A stretch of 34,807 nt of DNA. Source: an uncultured Clostridia bacterium (lineage in GTDB: Bacteria; Bacillota; Clostridia; Oscillospirales; Ruminococcaceae). Of the stretch, positions 1 through 8,861 are shown one piece after another (position 1 is the first letter of the stretch; each line of letters opens with the position of its first letter). The position numbers and the translations under genes are program-made. The notes under the pieces were generated by a model that had not been told where the DNA came from, made no database searches, and saw nothing but the letters and a program-made list of their open reading frames with translations. The stretch covers positions 1 through 34,807 of the forward strand of contig CAMBHV010000001.1 in the NCBI GenBank assembly GCA_945867255.1. The letters run 5' to 3'.

Positions 1-150
1 AACAAGGCAGGCATCCGGGCTCTCTCCCGGCTCAAATTTTCCGCCTACGCCCACCCACTTACCGGCGTTTTCGTCTTGTTCTTTTTTGTTGCGATGCAGC
101 ATAAGATAGCATCCGTCTTGCTCAAGGTAACACAGTGTCGTATTTTTCAT
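1..150 (-). CDS. mutX: Nudix hydrolase, MutX-like 8-oxo-dGTP diphosphatase (5' part only, runs off the window)
   Basis: Not in the ORF track. Manual translation from ATG at 150 gives MKNTTLCYLEQDGCYLMLHRNKKEQDENAGKWVGVGGKFEPGESPDACLV, which includes the start of the Nudix box (GGKFEPGES). GAAAGGGGG RBS at 159-167 on the minus strand. Confidence 0.85.
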   Translation of the reverse strand, partial: MKNTTLCYLEQDGCYLMLHRNKKEQDENAGKWVGVGGKFEPGESPDACLV

Positions 151-252
151 GTGAATGGCCCCCTTTCAAAAATATTTTACACAAACAGGATGGCACAAAT
201 CATCCATCCACGGTATACTATACCACAGCAAGCAAAATGAGAGGTGAGCATC

Positions 253-879
253 ATGCTGGAAGTAACAGCTGCCCAAATGAAACAACTGGAAGACAGGGCA
301 AACACCAATGGCCTTTCCTATGAAGATATGATGGAAAATGCAGGGCAGGCCGCGGCGCGCATCCTGCTGGAGTGCATGCCGGATTTTCGCACGGCTGCCA
401 TCTTGTGTGGAAAAGGGAATAACGGCGGAGATGGCTTCGTTGTAGCACGCAAGCTGTTCGAAGCAGGCCGCCGTGTATGCATCATTCTTACAGATGGAGC
501 TCCGGCCGGGCCTGGAGCGGCATATACCAATTACATGAGAGCTCGCAGGCTGTCCATTCCTCTTTTCTCTCTAGATGAAATACTTGGTCAGGAAGAGCGC
601 CTTATTCAAAACACCAACGTAATTGTGGATGCCGTAACAGGAACAGGGTTTCATGGGGAGCTTCGAAAAAATGCAAAAATGGCCGCGCAAATCGCAAACC
701 GCGCAAATGGATTTGTGATGGCACTGGATGTTCCCAGCGGCGTAGAAGCGGATACCGGCCGTGCAGCTGAGGGCGCCGTGCGCGCAAACCTTACCGTTAC
801 GTTTCATGCCAGAAAGCCTTGCCATCGCCTTTGCAAAGATCTCTGCGGGGATGTTCGCGTGGCACGCATCGGTATTTAG
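253..879 (+). CDS. nnrE: NAD(P)H-hydrate epimerase (stand-alone YjeF_N domain)
   Basis: Motifs MMENAG, CGKGNNGGDG, IVDAVTGTG, ALDVPSG, TVTFH..KP. GAGGTG RBS at 241-246 favours ATG 253. Confidence 0.9.
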   Translation: MLEVTAAQMKQLEDRANTNGLSYEDMMENAGQAAARILLECMPDFRTAAILCGKGNNGGDGFVVARKLFEAGRRVCIILTDGAPAGPGAAYTNYMRARRLSIPLFSLDEILGQEERLIQNTNVIVDAVTGTGFHGELRKNAKMAAQIANRANGFVMALDVPSGVEADTGRAAEGAVRANLTVTFHARKPCHRLCKDLCGDVRVARIGI

Positions 880-887
880 TAACAGGT

Positions 888-918
888 AAAGGCGCTTTCC
901 CAAAAGGAAAGCGCCTTT
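888..918. terminator. Bidirectional intrinsic terminator
   Basis: AAAGGCGCTTTCC-caaaa-GGAAAGCGCCTTT perfect hairpin between convergent genes. Confidence 0.85.
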
Positions 919-920
919 CT

Positions 921-1784
921 TTATGCCAGCTGTGCCAGCAAAATGGCTACAAACATGAAGATGCTACCAATTCCTTCGCGAAGAGAAAGCATTTCGTGCA
1001 AAATGATCCAGCCGAAAATCACGGCAAACACCGACTCCATACACAAAATCAAAGATGCAACCGTGGGGTCTGTATCCTTCTGCGCCACAATTTGCAGTGT
1101 ATAAGCCACACCCATGGTAAACACACCTGTATACAGAATGGGAACCGCTGCCGCACTCAAAGCCGCGACGGAAGGTTGCTCCGTCAGGAACGCCACGATC
1201 AACCCCAGGGAACCGGCGGTAACGAATTGTACAAAAGAAAGGCAAACTCCGTCCACCAAAGGTGAAAAATGGTCAATAACCAAAATGTGGAACGCAAACA
1301 TCACCGCGCCACTCAATACCAATGTATCCCCTGTGGAAAGGCGGAAAGAAGTGTCTGTGAAACACAAAAAGTATAAACCCACACAAGCCAGCGCCACGCT
1401 GATCCATAAAACCGGTTTGGGCCTCTTTTTCAAAAAAATGCCAAGCACCGGCACCAGCACCACGTACAGCGCGGTAAGGAACCCGGCCTTTCCGGCAGTG
1501 GTATATGCCATTCCCACCTGCTGCAAATAAGAACCGGTAAACATCAAAACGCCGCAGCACATCCCGCCGATGACTAATGTACGCCGAGACGTATCCGGCA
1601 CATAGCGACGAATGCGGTATATTGCAAGCGGAGCTAACACAAGCGAACCCAGCAACATACGGGAACCATTAAAAAAAGCCGGACTGATCACGTCCGCCCC
1701 AGCACTTTGTGCTACAAAGGACGAACCCCAGATCATGGCTGTCAGCAGTAGCAGCAGGTTGCCGCGCGCTTTTCTTGCCTTCAC
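921..1784 (-). CDS. DMT/EamA family transporter
   Basis: About 10 hydrophobic segments; IWGSSF, AGFLTALYVVLVP, AYTLQ, ESVFA motifs; GAGGAGG RBS before the GTG start. Confidence 0.9.
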   Translation of the reverse strand: MKARKARGNLLLLLTAMIWGSSFVAQSAGADVISPAFFNGSRMLLGSLVLAPLAIYRIRRYVPDTSRRTLVIGGMCCGVLMFTGSYLQQVGMAYTTAGKAGFLTALYVVLVPVLGIFLKKRPKPVLWISVALACVGLYFLCFTDTSFRLSTGDTLVLSGAVMFAFHILVIDHFSPLVDGVCLSFVQFVTAGSLGLIVAFLTEQPSVAALSAAAVPILYTGVFTMGVAYTLQIVAQKDTDPTVASLILCMESVFAVIFGWIILHEMLSLREGIGSIFMFVAILLAQLA

Positions 1785-2009
1785 AAATCTTCCTCCTCAC
1801 AAGCCGCCCACTTGCACGCAAAGGCGGCTTGCCCGCCATGCGGGCAAAATTAAGCTGCATGAAATAGTGTACCGTATTTCAGGCGAAATGTACACCCCCG
1901 TTTTCCGCAAGAAAATCGCACTGCCTTGCGAAATTCACCCCGGGTGAGTACAATAAAAACAAAAGCAACCGGTTATCACCCGGGCATACAAGAAGAACGC
2001 CATCTGCTT

Positions 2010-2558
2010 TCAGCGCACCCATTCTTTCCTGTGCTCTTTTAAATACTGACGCACATGGGCAAATGTCTTCTCTTCTCCTTCATCCCGCAACATGCGAAGC
2101 CAACTCTCCAAAAGTTCTCTTGTTTCATCATGGATGAGATAGACGTCTCTGGCATGCATATAGTAATCATACGCCGCCGCGTCTGTATAGTCGCTTCGTA
2201 AATAGGTTTTGGAAGCGGCAACGCGGTCACAAAACATTTCTGCCACATAATTCACCGGCATCCGGATTCCGGCATAGCGGTGTGTGCCGTCCGTTACATA
2301 GTCTGTCCAGTATTCCAGATGATGCTTATTGCGCCCTTTATGATGCAGCCATGCGCGGCTGTAACCCAACGCCCGGCGTTCCGCATTATTGGGGCTTTCA
2401 AATCCCTGATAATATTTTACACCAGCCAGAAATTCCACGGGTGCATATTTGGAAAGGTCGTGCAAAAGGCCCTGGCGATAAAGCCCCACTCGAAAACAAT
2501 GCTGCATCACCAGGCGCTTGTGATGGTTTATGGTAGAAAAATGTCCCCAGAAATTCAC
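2010..2558 (-). CDS. DUF5662-like His-rich protein (HD-like metal motifs)
   Basis: GLLHDLSKY, WLHHKGRNKHH.EYW, EMFCDR motifs; family name from memory. Confidence 0.7.
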   Translation of the reverse strand: MNFWGHFSTINHHKRLVMQHCFRVGLYRQGLLHDLSKYAPVEFLAGVKYYQGFESPNNAERRALGYSRAWLHHKGRNKHHLEYWTDYVTDGTHRYAGIRMPVNYVAEMFCDRVAASKTYLRSDYTDAAAYDYYMHARDVYLIHDETRELLESWLRMLRDEGEEKTFAHVRQYLKEHRKEWVR

Positions 2559-2650
2559 GTCTTACATCCCTTCCTTATACGATCGTTTTTATTGTATCAC
2601 GCTTTGCCCGCGAAGAAAAGCGCACGGGCAGAAAGGAGTTTATCATCAAG

Positions 2651-3202
2651 ATGGAAAAAACATGTGTATTTCTCGCTGACGGTTTTGAAGAGGGGGAAGC
2701 ATTGATCCCTGTTGACCTTCTCCGGCGTGCTGGCGCGCACGTAACAATGGCAAGCATTTCTTCTTCTCTGGCCGTACAGGGCTCGCATGGCATCACCGTG
2801 CAGGCAGATGCCTTGGCAAGCAGTCTTTCGCTGGATGAATTTGGCCTGCTTGTTTTGCCCGGTGGAATGCCGGGCACACTGAATTTGTTGAAAAGCGAAT
2901 TGGTAAAACAAACGGTGCTGCAGTTTGCACAGAAAGAAAAATGGGTGGCCGCCATATGTGCCGCCCCCAGCATCTTGGGTGAACTGGGGCTTCTACAAGG
3001 CAGAAAAGCCACATGTTACCCCACTGCAGAAGAAAAGTGTACCGGCGCACTCCTCACACGGGAAGAAGTTTGCACAGATGGCCATTTCATCACTGGCCGT
3101 GGCCTCGGCGCAGCCATCCCGTTTGCTCTGACATTGGTAAATGTTGTCGCCGGCCCGGCTGATCGTCAGCGCATCAAGGACGCTATCGTATATCCATACT
3201 GA
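2651..3202 (+). CDS. DJ-1/YajL/PfpI family glyoxalase-deglycase
   Basis: GFEEGEA, LVLPGG, AAICAAP (catalytic Cys), ATCYP, ITGRG; AAGGAG RBS. Confidence 0.92.
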   Translation: MEKTCVFLADGFEEGEALIPVDLLRRAGAHVTMASISSSLAVQGSHGITVQADALASSLSLDEFGLLVLPGGMPGTLNLLKSELVKQTVLQFAQKEKWVAAICAAPSILGELGLLQGRKATCYPTAEEKCTGALLTREEVCTDGHFITGRGLGAAIPFALTLVNVVAGPADRQRIKDAIVYPY

Positions 3203-3347
3203 AACTTGTCTGTGTCAACCGGTCACCTTATAAGCGACCGCTTATTTCCCATGGACAAGCACCACTTCCGTATGACCATTTCGTGTTGGCGCAATTATTC
3301 TGCACGGGTTTTAATCGTACCCGTAAAAACATTTCATGCTTGGCTGT

Positions 3348-3395
3348 ATAAATAAAAGCGCGTCGCTCTGAACAAAGCGCCGCGCTTTCATTTAT
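3348..3395. terminator. Probable bidirectional intrinsic terminator
   Basis: ATAAATAAAAGCGCGTCGCT...AGCGCCGCGCTTTCATTTAT hairpin between convergent genes. Confidence 0.65.
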
Positions 3396-3447
3396 TTGTA
3401 TCCTGGTACAAACTTGCATGCCATTTTGCACACCGGCACACATTCTT

Positions 3448-4008
3448 CTATTCGGCTTCGTTCAGCTTAACCATATGGATATGGTCTTCCCACACACCAT
3501 TGATTTTCAAGTATCTTCTGGCTAATCCTTCTGATACAAAACCATTTTTCTCAACCACACGCAGCGATGCTTTGTTGCGTGGCATGATGTTGGCCTCTAT
3601 GCGGTGCAACCCCAATTGTTTAAATGCATACTGAACCACAAGATGCACCGCATCTGTCATATATCCGTTGTTTTGACACCTCATATCCATCTTATAACCA
3701 AGAAATGCGTTGTAAAATGCTCCCCGCACTATTTCATTCAGCCCAATGCAACCAATCAATTCCTGCGGGCAACTTTTCCGTTCCAAATAAAATCGACACG
3801 CTTTTTGCTCCTGCGCCGCCTGCTGTTCCTGGCGCAACACTTGCTGCTGGCCTTCCAAAGTGAAAAAAGCTGGTGGGCGTTTTGGCTCAAATGGGCTCAG
3901 GAAGTCCCTGTTTCGAATGTAAAATTCCACACATCGCGGTGCCAATGCCTCTTCCGCAGGTACAAGGCGCAGCCTGTCATCCTCCAACACCGGGCATTGC
4001 CGCAACAT
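3448..4008 (-). CDS. GNAT N-acetyltransferase, RimJ/YjcK-like
   Basis: IVRGAF, LGY, GLHRIEANIMPRN..S.RVVEK.GF..EG, YLKINGVWEDH motifs; AGGAG RBS. Confidence 0.88.
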   Translation of the reverse strand: MLRQCPVLEDDRLRLVPAEEALAPRCVEFYIRNRDFLSPFEPKRPPAFFTLEGQQQVLRQEQQAAQEQKACRFYLERKSCPQELIGCIGLNEIVRGAFYNAFLGYKMDMRCQNNGYMTDAVHLVVQYAFKQLGLHRIEANIMPRNKASLRVVEKNGFVSEGLARRYLKINGVWEDHIHMVKLNEAE

Positions 4009-4939
4009 GCAAGAACCTCTCCTTTTCTTTTTGTGTATGAATCATGTCCATCACCGCATTGATCTGCTCACGTGTGGCAAGCCCGGCAGAAAAGGCTGTA
4101 GCACTGCCTGCGGCAACACCATATTCCAGTGCGCGCGTGTAATTGCCTGTTTCAAGCATCCCGGCCAAAAAACCTGCCACCATGGCATCGCCTGCCCCTA
4201 CAGAGTTTTGAACCGAGCCCTTTGGTGCATTCATAAAGCAATATTCACCATTTTCATCCAATAGCATAGCCCCGTTTTCCGCCATGGAAACCAGCACATT
4301 CCGCGCCCCCTGACACTGCAATTTCTGCGCACAGGCATAAACATCTTGAACAGATTCCAACCGCGTGCCGAACAGTTCACCCAGTTCAATATGATTTGGC
4401 TTTACAAGAAATGGGCGATGCCCCAGGGCTCTGTTCAAAAGCTCCTTCTCTGCATCTACCACCGTAAGCACACCTTGCTTACACACACGTGCCAGCATAT
4501 GTTCATAGATATCGGAAGGTACGGAAGCAGGCACGCTGCCGGCAAGTACAAGAATGTCATTTTGCTTCAGTGCATCCAGTTTCTGAAACAACTGCTCCAG
4601 CGCAGACGATTCTACTACGGGCCCCTGCGCATTGATCTCGGTTTCACATCCGGATTTCAATTTGACATTGATGCGTGTATTCCCCTGTTCCAGATGTACA
4701 AAATCTGTGTGCATTCCCTGTTCTGCAAGGCCGCACTCCAGTGCGTGGCCTGTAAACCCGGCCACAAAACCAAGAGCCGTACTTTCCACCCCGAATTCAC
4801 GCAGCACCCGGGAGACATTAATTCCCTTTCCGCCGAATTGAAGTTCTTCCTGTGTGGTGCGGTTTATGCCCCCCTCCTTCAGGCATGGCAGATGCATCAC
4901 ATAATCCAGTGCCGGGTTCAATGTGACGGTGTAGATCAT
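3977..4939 (-). CDS. fruK: 1-phosphofructokinase (PfkB family)
   Basis: MIYTVTLNPALD, GGKGINVS, KPNHIEL, NSVGAGDAMVAGF; follows a DeoR gene with a 4-nt overlap. Confidence 0.92.
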   Translation of the reverse strand: MIYTVTLNPALDYVMHLPCLKEGGINRTTQEELQFGGKGINVSRVLREFGVESTALGFVAGFTGHALECGLAEQGMHTDFVHLEQGNTRINVKLKSGCETEINAQGPVVESSALEQLFQKLDALKQNDILVLAGSVPASVPSDIYEHMLARVCKQGVLTVVDAEKELLNRALGHRPFLVKPNHIELGELFGTRLESVQDVYACAQKLQCQGARNVLVSMAENGAMLLDENGEYCFMNAPKGSVQNSVGAGDAMVAGFLAGMLETGNYTRALEYGVAAGSATAFSAGLATREQINAVMDMIHTQKEKERFLHVAAMPGVGG

Positions 4940-5685
4940 GCCTGTACCTCCTTGATCACGGTAAACTGGCGATATGCCTCATCGGGGAGATAATCCGTAA
5001 TAATATGTGCCTGTTCCAGTGAGCATACCGTAATCGCAGAAGCTTTTCCGAACTTGGTAGAATCCGCCAATACATAACTGGCAAATGCCCTTTGCACCGC
5101 TTTTTCCTTAATGCATGCTTCTTCTGTATCCGGGGTCGTATAGCCTCGTTCCACAGAAATTCCATTCATACCAAGAAATGCCTTGGTAAAATTGTAGTTG
5201 GCCAGCATCCCCAATGCTACACCCCCTACCACAGCTTGGGTACGTGGCTTGAGCAGCCCGCCTAACACATAAGCACGCAACCCCTGTTCCACCATACGCC
5301 GCGCACATGCTACCCCGTTTGTAACAAAAGTAGCCTTGGAATCCGTCAGGTATTCCACCATGTGAAGCGTTGTAGTGCCTGCATCCAGAAACACCAGATC
5401 ATCATCCTGTATCATTCCCGCGGCATAACGGGCAATGGCGTCCTTCTGTGGCACTTGAAGACGTTCTCTGGTATGAACATCTGCCTCCTGCGCCTCAAAA
5501 AGCGGGCGCACTGCCACCGCACCGCCATGCACCTTGCGCAAGCACCCCTGACGCGCAAGTTCGGTAAGATCTCGACGTATGGTAGGTTCTGACGCACCGG
5601 TCATCACACATAATTCTGCCACACTGGCTGCACGATGTCTTGTAAGATATTCCACAATCCTGTCAAACCGTTGCTGCGCCATCAT
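4936..5685 (-). CDS. fruR: DeoR/GlpR family regulator, FruR-like
   Basis: HTH signature SEPTIRRDL..L, VHGGA, FLDAGTTT, LADSTKFG; upstream of fruK. Confidence 0.88.
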   Translation of the reverse strand: MMAQQRFDRIVEYLTRHRAASVAELCVMTGASEPTIRRDLTELARQGCLRKVHGGAVAVRPLFEAQEADVHTRERLQVPQKDAIARYAAGMIQDDDLVFLDAGTTTLHMVEYLTDSKATFVTNGVACARRMVEQGLRAYVLGGLLKPRTQAVVGGVALGMLANYNFTKAFLGMNGISVERGYTTPDTEEACIKEKAVQRAFASYVLADSTKFGKASAITVCSLEQAHIITDYLPDEAYRQFTVIKEVQA

Positions 5686-5759
5686 ACCGGCATCGCGCTC
5701 CTTTTCGTTTTCCTGCTTTCAGCTTTACATAACTTCCCATCGTACATCGAACACTTTTT

Positions 5760-5802
5760 ATCATAATACAATAAAAATCAAATTCAATCAAACCCGTTCA
5801 AA
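5760..5802 (-). promoter_or_regulatory. fruR promoter with 10-bp-periodic FruR-type direct repeats
   Basis: Minus strand reads TTTGAACGGG TTTGATTGAA TTTGATTTTT ATTGTATTAT GAT: TTTGA repeated every 10 bp over a sigma-A-like promoter, resembling the TGAWWGWTTT repeats described for Firmicute FruR. Confidence 0.65.
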
Positions 5803-5808
5803 AAAAGA

Positions 5809-5840
5809 ATGCCTCCCGCGTACTTTTACGCGAGAGGCAT
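5809..5840 (-). terminator. Intrinsic terminator of the hlyC/corC gene
   Basis: ATGCCTCCCGCGTA-cttt-TACGCGAGAGGCAT with a U-run on the minus strand. Confidence 0.8.
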
Positions 5841-5843
5841 AGC

Positions 5844-7181
5844 TCACTCTTTTTCCACGTTTGTCGAAGGCGCAACGTCCTCTGCAGTTAATCGCTCAAT
5901 CTTCAATCGCTCGATACAGCGCTGATTTGCATCCAAAATTGTGCATACCCATCGATTGGAACATAGCGGAATCTTCTCACCCTTTTCCGGAATGCGCCCC
6001 AATTGATTTGTGATAAACCCATTCAACGTTTCTGAGTCATCATTGGCAAACAGGTCGCTGCCCAAAATGTGTTCTACCTCGTCAATATCTGCCTCGCCAT
6101 CCATTTCCCAACTGTTTTGCGAAAGTTGTACGATGCCGCACTCTCCATCGTGGCCGTCATCAATCGTACCCACGATTGCCTCCAGAAGGTCCTCCATTGT
6201 TACAATGCCTTCTGTCCCACCATATTCGTCCACTACTACCGCCATCCGCTGTTTTTGAGCCTTGAACTCTCGCAGCAATTCGCTGCAATGCATGCTTTGC
6301 GGCACATACAGCACCGGGCGCATCAGGTCCCTGGCCATTTTTTTGCCATCATCTTCACCATTCAGTACCGGAATCAGGTCTTTTACATAGATTGCACCCT
6401 CAATATCATCCAGGTCTTGCCCATATACAGGAAGGCGCGAATAGTGCTGCCGGTTCTGCAGCGCCACCAGCGTGGCAATTGGTGCCGTACTTTTGACAGC
6501 CACGATATCGGTGCGATGTGTCATCACTTCGCTTACCCGCAGATCATCAAACTCAAAAATGTTTTCTATCATGGCGCGCTCATGCGGTTCCAGCGCACCG
6601 GCCTCTTCCCCGGCCTCCACCATCATCAGAATATCTTCCTCGTCCACCGCTTCTTCCGTCTGGCCGGCTCCAATGCCAAACAGTTTCAGCACAAGGTTTG
6701 TGGAGAATGCAAGGAAGCGCACAAACGGCCTGCACACACGGTACATGCCCCACACCACACCCACTGTGTTCAACGCAACCACGTCCGGGTCTTTCATGGC
6801 AACACGCTTGGGCACAAGTTCTCCTAAAATAAGGGTGAAATAGGAAATGATAATGGTGATCACCACCAGCACTACGCTGCGAAGCACTGCCGGTGGCAAC
6901 GGCAAAAAGGAAAGCACCCCCGCCACGGGCCCTGCAAAATTATCTGCCGCCACAGCAGAGTTTAAAAAGCCGGACAGCGTTACACCCACCTGGATGGTTG
7001 CCAGAAAATCAGAGGGTGATTCTGTGATGGCAAGCAGCTTTTTTGCAGATTTATTGCCCTGCTCTGCCAGGCGCTTCATTTTCTGCGTATTGATAGAGAT
7101 AATGGCAATCTCGCTCATAGCAAAAAATGCGTTGATAAAAACCAGGATGCCAATCAGTACAATACTGGGCCATATGTCCAT
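5844..7181 (-). CDS. HlyC/CorC (CNNM + CBS pair) family transporter
   Basis: NAFFAMSEIA, LATIQVGVT, GELVPK, VMTHRTDI, YSRLPVY, VVDEYGGTEGIVTMEDLLE.IVG, CorC C-terminal domain. Confidence 0.92.
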   Translation of the reverse strand: MDIWPSIVLIGILVFINAFFAMSEIAIISINTQKMKRLAEQGNKSAKKLLAITESPSDFLATIQVGVTLSGFLNSAVAADNFAGPVAGVLSFLPLPPAVLRSVVLVVITIIISYFTLILGELVPKRVAMKDPDVVALNTVGVVWGMYRVCRPFVRFLAFSTNLVLKLFGIGAGQTEEAVDEEDILMMVEAGEEAGALEPHERAMIENIFEFDDLRVSEVMTHRTDIVAVKSTAPIATLVALQNRQHYSRLPVYGQDLDDIEGAIYVKDLIPVLNGEDDGKKMARDLMRPVLYVPQSMHCSELLREFKAQKQRMAVVVDEYGGTEGIVTMEDLLEAIVGTIDDGHDGECGIVQLSQNSWEMDGEADIDEVEHILGSDLFANDDSETLNGFITNQLGRIPEKGEKIPLCSNRWVCTILDANQRCIERLKIERLTAEDVAPSTNVEKE

Positions 7182-7293
7182 ATTATAACATTCTACCTCT
7201 TTCTGTTAATATACATCATTCTTTTCGAACGCGCTGTGCACACCCACAGCAAAATATATGGCTGCATCTTCACAATTTCTTACATATGGCGCA

Positions 7294-7322
7294 ATCATAT
7301 CAAAAACACGCAACCTCGTCAA
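7294..7322 (-). promoter_or_regulatory. Sigma-A promoter of hlyC/corC
   Basis: TTGACG-17bp-TATGAT with TGn extension on the minus strand. Confidence 0.6.
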
Positions 7323-7351
7323 GAAAAGTTCTGTGTTCATACCTGTAACAG

Positions 7352-7381
7352 AAAAGGGCTCTGCTGGTGCAGAGCCCTTTT
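7352..7381. terminator. Intrinsic terminator
   Basis: AAAAGGGCTCTGC-tggt-GCAGAGCCCTTTT perfect hairpin just after the GDSL gene stop. Confidence 0.85.
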
Positions 7382-7386
7382 TATAT

Positions 7387-8715
7387 TCATTCTGTCGTCA
7401 AAGGCGTTGATGCCGCATTTGTCTGTGCGGAAGACGGAGGCACCACTGGGTTTGAGGAAGCTGGCGGCACATAATTAGGATTTGGCTCGTCACAGCGGTC
7501 ACACGTGGGGCCATTTCCCGCAAAGCTGTGCCCTAACGGGCCTTCAGCTTGTTCCCATGTGGCACCGCACAAGGGACATTGCCACACCTGCGTAGCTCCT
7601 GTTGTACAAGTAGGCATAATTCCATCTTTATACGTATACGCCGCACCTGTATGCGGGCAAACCGTTGCCTCTGGTGTAGGCGTGGGCGTAGCAGTAGGTG
7701 TTGCCGTAGGCGTTGGAGTTGGCGTGGGTGTAGCCGTAGCCTGTGTCGAAGAAGATTCCGGCGCGGGCGTGGCTTTCGGAACGAAGAACTCTTCCGGTGT
7801 GGCAATGTGCGTGGGAATACTTGTCAACGCCGGGCGTGTATCCTCCGTTTCGTGGGCATGGGTACGAATATACTCAAACAGAACATCCATGCCTTCCCTG
7901 CTCAAATGAATGCCATCTGAACTTTCCATATATTCGGCTTTGGCATATCCGGAAGAGTCTTTCAGCACCTCTGCAGAATTCAGGAATGTGTAGCCTTCTT
8001 CCTGTGCAAGTTCCACCAGTGCCTTGTTGAAGGCGTCTATCGTTTTCATCGTGATGTTAGGATAGCTGCGCTTCTGTGCAACAGGTGGAATGGAGTTGAT
8101 GATAATATCTGCATACGGGTATGCTTCATGGATCTGTTCCAGTGCGGTACGATACCACTCAATAAAAGTTTCTGTACTTTCCGCCGTATTATTCGTGCCA
8201 TAGGTGATAATGATGCGCTGTGGCTGCATCAGTTTTACCGCCTGTACCACCGTTACCGGCGACGAATATCCGCTGAAATACATGCATTTCGTGCCAGTAA
8301 CATGGCCTATGCCCATTCCCACCGCAGAAAGATTGTTCTGCCATGTGGTTTTTCCCATTACTTCCATGCGATAGGTGTTGGAATCGCCGATGAACAAAGT
8401 ATTATCCACATATTCTTCGCCGGCATCTTCCGTTTCCGCCAATATCACACCATCATATTCGGAATCGACGATCTTGTTCGCATCTTTGTCGTAATCCTCT
8501 TCCAAGGCGTCTACCACACCGGATGTAGCGCCGGAAACGCTTTCTTGCTTCTGTTTGCCCAAAACGGAAAAAATCAAGATCGCCAGAAGCATGGCAACCA
8601 AAAGTACCGCTGTAACCAGAATGGCAATATCTACAAGGCTGCCTTTTTTCAGGCGCACCACATAAGCGGTCCATTCCTTTTTCATCAGCGCGAAAAGATG
8701 TTGCAACTGTCTCAA
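7387..8715 (-). CDS. Membrane-anchored SGNH/GDSL hydrolase with Pro/Thr linker and Cys/His-rich C-terminus
   Basis: N-terminal TM; FIGDSN (block I), YGTNN (block III), DGIHLS (block V). Start uncertain: TTG at 8715 has a GGGGG RBS, and the ORF extends to 8772. Confidence 0.8.
   Translation of the reverse strand: MRQLQHLFALMKKEWTAYVVRLKKGSLVDIAILVTAVLLVAMLLAILIFSVLGKQKQESVSGATSGVVDALEEDYDKDANKIVDSEYDGVILAETEDAGEEYVDNTLFIGDSNTYRMEVMGKTTWQNNLSAVGMGIGHVTGTKCMYFSGYSSPVTVVQAVKLMQPQRIIITYGTNNTAESTETFIEWYRTALEQIHEAYPYADIIINSIPPVAQKRSYPNITMKTIDAFNKALVELAQEEGYTFLNSAEVLKDSSGYAKAEYMESSDGIHLSREGMDVLFEYIRTHAHETEDTRPALTSIPTHIATPEEFFVPKATPAPESSSTQATATPTPTPTPTATPTATPTPTPEATVCPHTGAAYTYKDGIMPTCTTGATQVWQCPLCGATWEQAEGPLGHSFAGNGPTCDRCDEPNPNYVPPASSNPVVPPSSAQTNAASTPLTTE
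7672..7740 (-). repeat. Low-complexity (TP/TA)n linker-coding repeat
   Basis: Encodes ATATPTPTPTPTATPTATPTPTP with degenerate codons. Confidence 0.8.
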
Positions 8716-8861
8716 GGCTCTTCCCCCGTGGCGAAAATAGTATCGTATATATTTTACACCATTCTCCCACAAAAGGAAACTGAAAATTCACGCTTTCTGT
8801 AATTCGCCTATTTTTTCCTATGGATACTTTTGCATGTTTTACGGGCTCTTTGCATTTCTTT

